Shown one piece after another: positions 23,570-26,650 of a stretch of 26,650 nt of DNA. Position numbers and translations under genes: made by a program. The notes beneath the pieces are model-generated. The model ran no database searches. It was not told where the DNA came from and saw only the letters and a list, made by a program, of their open reading frames with translations. The first letter of the stretch is position 1. Each line of letters begins with the position of its first letter. The stretch comes from an uncultured bacterium (GTDB lineage Bacteria; Chlamydiota; Chlamydiia; Chlamydiales; RGXB01): positions 1,637 through 28,286 of the forward strand of contig CAYFOX010000004.1 of the NCBI GenBank assembly GCA_964344875.1. The letters run 5' to 3'.

Positions 23570-24740
23570 GACTGAGCCTCGAGAAAACCTGTTTCAGCCG
23601 CCCGATGTTTGCCCGATTCACCCCTAAAACGTTCAATCTCGAGTCGTCGAGCAAATATATGCTCTCTTTCCTCAACTCTAATACCGCCTCTTTAGAGATT
23701 CCCAAATAAGAGAAAAACCCTTTCGCCTCTTGGAACTCTTTTTTATGCTGAATCCAGCCCCCAAATTCTTTCAGTATTAGCTCTCTCATGGCACAGCTTC
23801 TTAGCCGGTGCTCCTCGAGCTCATCAAGCCAAAGTTTTTTTCTTTTTAAATCTGTTAATACTGTTTTGACAACCAGTGCACCATGCGCCGGTGGACTAGA
23901 ATAATTGCGACGTATGATCTGTTTTATAGTGCTTTGCATCCCCTCATGAGTATGACTCCGATTGACAATCATCAGCGCCCCAACCCTTTCCCTATATAGA
24001 TCCATAGTTTTTGAATAGGAGAAGGCAACGCACATCTCGATCCCGCTTTTAAAAAAGGTGTTGACTGCATACCGGTCTTTATCGATTCCATCCCCAAGCC
24101 CTAGATAAGCGATATCAAAGAGAGGTAAAAGCCCCTTTTTGAGACAACAATCTAAAATTAAATCCCATTCACTGTGGGTAAAATCGATCCCCGTGGGATT
24201 ATGGCAACAGCCATGAAGCAAAAGAATGGATCCTTTCTCCAAACGGTGTAAAAAATCAAAAAACTCGCCCTTTTTGGCCGTGTGTGTAGTCCGATCATAG
24301 TAGGGATAGGTTCTCACCTCAAGACCTGCTGCTTTAAACACCCCGTGGTGGTTAGCCCATGTGGGGTCCGAGACATAGATGGGATGATTCCACTCCAATC
24401 TAAGATAATCGGCAAGCACCCTTAGAGCACCAGTCCCCCCTAAAGTCTGTGCTGCTGTAACCAGAGGAGCATTTTCTAAGAAAAGGAGTTTTTTTGTCTC
24501 CTCAAGAAAGTCGTGATCCCCCTCGATAGGAAGGTAAGTTTTGGAGACCTCATTCTCGATTAAAAATTCTTCAGCCTCTTTTACCGCTTTTAAAACGGGA
24601 CACTTCCCCTTTTCATCAAGATAGATACCGATTCCCAAATTTATTTTTTCAGAGTTAGGATCTTTGGCCCACATTCTGCCTATCTCAAGCACCGGATCGA
24701 CAGGTTGTGATCCCACATGTTCAAAAAAAAGATGCGTCAT
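23562..24740 (-). CDS. aspC: Aspartate/aromatic amino acid aminotransferase (class I, AspC/TyrB)
   Basis: KINLGIGIY, YLPIEG, QTLGGTGALR, SDPTWANH, LLHGCCHNPTGID, FDIAYLG, and PLP lysine motif SYSKTMDLYRERVG. Confidence 0.95.
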   Translation of the reverse strand: MTHLFFEHVGSQPVDPVLEIGRMWAKDPNSEKINLGIGIYLDEKGKCPVLKAVKEAEEFLIENEVSKTYLPIEGDHDFLEETKKLLFLENAPLVTAAQTLGGTGALRVLADYLRLEWNHPIYVSDPTWANHHGVFKAAGLEVRTYPYYDRTTHTAKKGEFFDFLHRLEKGSILLLHGCCHNPTGIDFTHSEWDLILDCCLKKGLLPLFDIAYLGLGDGIDKDRYAVNTFFKSGIEMCVAFSYSKTMDLYRERVGALMIVNRSHTHEGMQSTIKQIIRRNYSSPPAHGALVVKTVLTDLKRKKLWLDELEEHRLRSCAMRELILKEFGGWIQHKKEFQEAKGFFSYLGISKEAVLELRKESIYLLDDSRLNVLGVNRANIGRLKQVFSRLSHG

Positions 24741-24773
24741 AGAGCCCCTGAATCAAAAAAAGTTTTTTAAACT

Positions 24774-24802
24774 ATTATCTAAAAGTTCACGAATAGAGAC
24801 AA
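24774..24802 (-). promoter_or_regulatory. Candidate sigma66 promoter for aspC-mreC
   Basis: TTGTCT (24802-24797), 17-nt spacer, GATAAT (24779-24774). AGGGG RBS before the ATG at 24740. Confidence 0.45.
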
Positions 24803-24854
24803 CTAGAAAAGTTGTTTATTGGCATGTATTCTTGGAAGTAAAGAAGAGATGAAA

Positions 24855-24927
24855 TGGAGTATAGCGGACTCGAACCGCTGACCCCAACGCTGCCAGCGTT
24901 GTGCTCTACCAACTGAGCTAATACCCC
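24855..24927 (-). tRNA. tRNA-Ala (anticodon GGC), CCA end not encoded
   Basis: Minus strand GGGGTATTAGCTCAGTTGGTAGAGCACAACGCTGGCAGCGTTGGGGTCAGCGGTTCGAGTCCGCTATACTCCA. Full cloverleaf, GGC anticodon in a 7-nt loop, G3:U70 alanine identity pair, discriminator A followed by TTT. Confidence 0.97.
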
Positions 24928-24934
24928 GTCAGAC

Positions 24935-26608
24935 TTATTCCTTCCCCTCAACAGCCTCAAGGAAAGCTTGTAGCTGCTTGGATCGGGTGGGATGACGCAT
25001 TTTTCTCAAAGCTTTGGCCTCAATTTGGCGCACCCTTTCACGAGTTACCTTAAATTGCACACCTACCTCTTCAAGAGTTTTCGGTTTTCCGTCAAGTAAA
25101 CCGAAACGTTCGATTAATACTGTACGCTCTCTGTCAGTTAAAGTCGAGAGAACTTCGTTCATTTTATCTTTTAGGATCGAATATCCTGTTGCATCCGCAG
25201 GGGACTCGGTTGCGGTATCCTCAAGAAAGTCTCCAAACTGACTCTCTCCACTATCACCGACTTCTGCTTGCAAGGAGATCGGATGTTGAGCGATTCGATA
25301 AATCTCACGCACTCTATCAGGAGTTAACCCAAGCTCTTTTGCAAGCTCCTCAGGAGTTGGCTCCTTGCCAGTCTCCATCATCAGCTTTTTTGCCCCTCTT
25401 AACACACGGTTGATCGTCTCGATCATGTGCACAGGGATACGGATGGTGCGGGCCTGATCGGCAATCGCACGGGTAACAGCTTGGCGGATCCACCAGGTGG
25501 CATAGGTAGAAAATTTATACCCGCGGCGGTATTCAAATTTTTCTACTGCCTTCATTAAGCCCATGTTCCCCTCTTGGATCAAATCCAAGAAAGAAAGGCC
25601 ACGGTTTGTGTATTTTTTCGCAATCGAGATCACAAGGCGCAGGTTGGACTCCACCATCTCCCTTTTGGCTTCCTGGCTCTTATCCATCCAGCGCTGCAAC
25701 ATACGGACATCTTTTTTATATTCGTCCAATGTCCTTCCGGCAGCAAGCTCTCTTAAAAAGAGACGACGCCTGGCCGAAAAAAGTTTTTGCGCTGCAAAGC
25801 GGTTTTTTTCTGCTCTGGGGATTAGATCTTTGATCTCTTTTTCCAAGTACAAAAGCCTGTCATAGCTTGAGAGGATTACTTCGCCGAAATCTTCAATTAC
25901 CGAATATTTCAGGTGCATGCGTCGCAAGTAGGCTTGTGTTCTTATGCGGCTTTTTTCTATCGCCTCAAGGACTTTGATCCTTTCAGCCTTATTATTCTCC
26001 ACCTCTTTCATTTTCAAAAGCTGCGGCTCTAAAAAAGCATCCTCTTTAGAAAGAAGCTCCTCTAGTTTAGGCAATAGTTGCATGAATTTGGCGCGGTCTT
26101 CCACCTCTTTTTCGGCAACAATTTTATCAAAGCGTTCTTTGCCGGAGATGAGGTAACGGATGATTGAGCAGGTCTCTCTTTCAGAGTAACGGAAGCGCAT
26201 GATGATCCTTTCGATCTGCATTTGCGCTTTTTCGATCCTTTTGGAAATTTCGACCTCTTCTTCGCGAGTAAGAAGGGGGACAGAACCCATCTCTTTGAGA
26301 TACATCCGAACGGGATCATCTGCAGCTGCATCAGAGCGTTTTGGCAAGAGTTCTAATTCCTTAGCCTCTTTTTTACGCTCTTTTTGCTTCTCAATCTCTG
26401 CTTGATTGTAGATCTGGATATCCATCCCACTCAAGAAAATCAATACTTGATCGATCTCTTCCGCCGTATCAAACGTCATCGGAAGGATATCATTGATCTC
26501 TTCGTAGGTGATGAATCCCTGTTCCTTAGCAACAGCGACCAGCTCCTCGATTTTTTGCTGATATTGAGGATCCGTGTGTTGGTTGTCGGATGGTTTGCTC
26601 ATATTCAT
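24935..26608 (-). CDS. rpoD: Primary RNA polymerase sigma factor RpoD (chlamydial sigma66 type)
   Basis: Region 1.1 [17 protein letters not shown], region 1.2 [12 protein letters not shown], region 2 [12 protein letters not shown]...[35 protein letters not shown], region 4 [27 protein letters not shown]. An alternative ATG lies at 26602. Confidence 0.97.
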   Translation of the reverse strand: MNMSKPSDNQHTDPQYQQKIEELVAVAKEQGFITYEEINDILPMTFDTAEEIDQVLIFLSGMDIQIYNQAEIEKQKERKKEAKELELLPKRSDAAADDPVRMYLKEMGSVPLLTREEEVEISKRIEKAQMQIERIIMRFRYSERETCSIIRYLISGKERFDKIVAEKEVEDRAKFMQLLPKLEELLSKEDAFLEPQLLKMKEVENNKAERIKVLEAIEKSRIRTQAYLRRMHLKYSVIEDFGEVILSSYDRLLYLEKEIKDLIPRAEKNRFAAQKLFSARRRLFLRELAAGRTLDEYKKDVRMLQRWMDKSQEAKREMVESNLRLVISIAKKYTNRGLSFLDLIQEGNMGLMKAVEKFEYRRGYKFSTYATWWIRQAVTRAIADQARTIRIPVHMIETINRVLRGAKKLMMETGKEPTPEELAKELGLTPDRVREIYRIAQHPISLQAEVGDSGESQFGDFLEDTATESPADATGYSILKDKMNEVLSTLTDRERTVLIERFGLLDGKPKTLEEVGVQFKVTRERVRQIEAKALRKMRHPTRSKQLQAFLEAVEGKE

Positions 26609-26611
26609 GAT

Positions 26612-26640
26612 ATTGTTATATGAATAGCACTTAATGTCAA
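26612..26640 (-). promoter_or_regulatory. Candidate promoter of rpoD
   Basis: Perfect TTGACA (26640-26635). AACAAT lies at 17-nt spacing (26617-26612) and TATAAC at 14-nt spacing (26620-26615). Confidence 0.5.
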
Positions 26641-26650
26641 GTTTTGAACA

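Noticed and set aside
24741-24927. tRNA as an integration site for a prophage or island
   Set aside because: I saw no duplicate of the tRNA 3' end, integrase or transposase, and the flanks are housekeeping genes.
2315-26623. Numerous 60-140-aa alternative-frame ORFs overlapping the called genes (e.g. 5753-6139, 13404-13775, 15663-16101, 25563-25865)
   Set aside because: All are nested in or antisense to genes with strong family motifs, and none shows an independent RBS plus domain signal.

Overview
This is a compact, AT-rich and homopolymer-rich chromosomal segment from a bacterium, most likely an environmental member of Chlamydiota. That call rests on a chlamydial sigma66-type RpoD, a chlamydial-style minimal type II secretion (T2SS) cluster and an aspC/tyrB-mreC pair; it is pattern recognition, not a database result. 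From left to right: a 5'-truncated TPR protein, a large protein with a C-terminal vWA domain, and rsmD on the + strand. Next is an ~11.6 kb tightly packed minus-strand run: chlamydial T2SS accessory protein, gspD, gspE, gspF, gspG, a second pseudopilin, a degenerate GT31/Fringe-like protein, a MORN-repeat protein and an MFS transporter. After that come three small membrane or hypothetical genes, mutY, two tandem TagF-like (CDP-glycerol glycerophosphotransferase family) paralogues, mreC, aspC/tyrB, tRNA-Ala(GGC) and rpoD. I found no mobile element, CRISPR array or rRNA. The most interesting points are: (1) the T2SS operon appears to continue into a glycosyltransferase-like, a MORN and an MFS gene; (2) the MFS reading frame extends 46 codons upstream of its first ATG to a CTG with a good RBS; (3) rpoD and the T2SS operon both have leaderless-type promoter geometry; (4) a pair of teichoic-acid-polymerase-like genes sits in a lineage not known to make teichoic acid.
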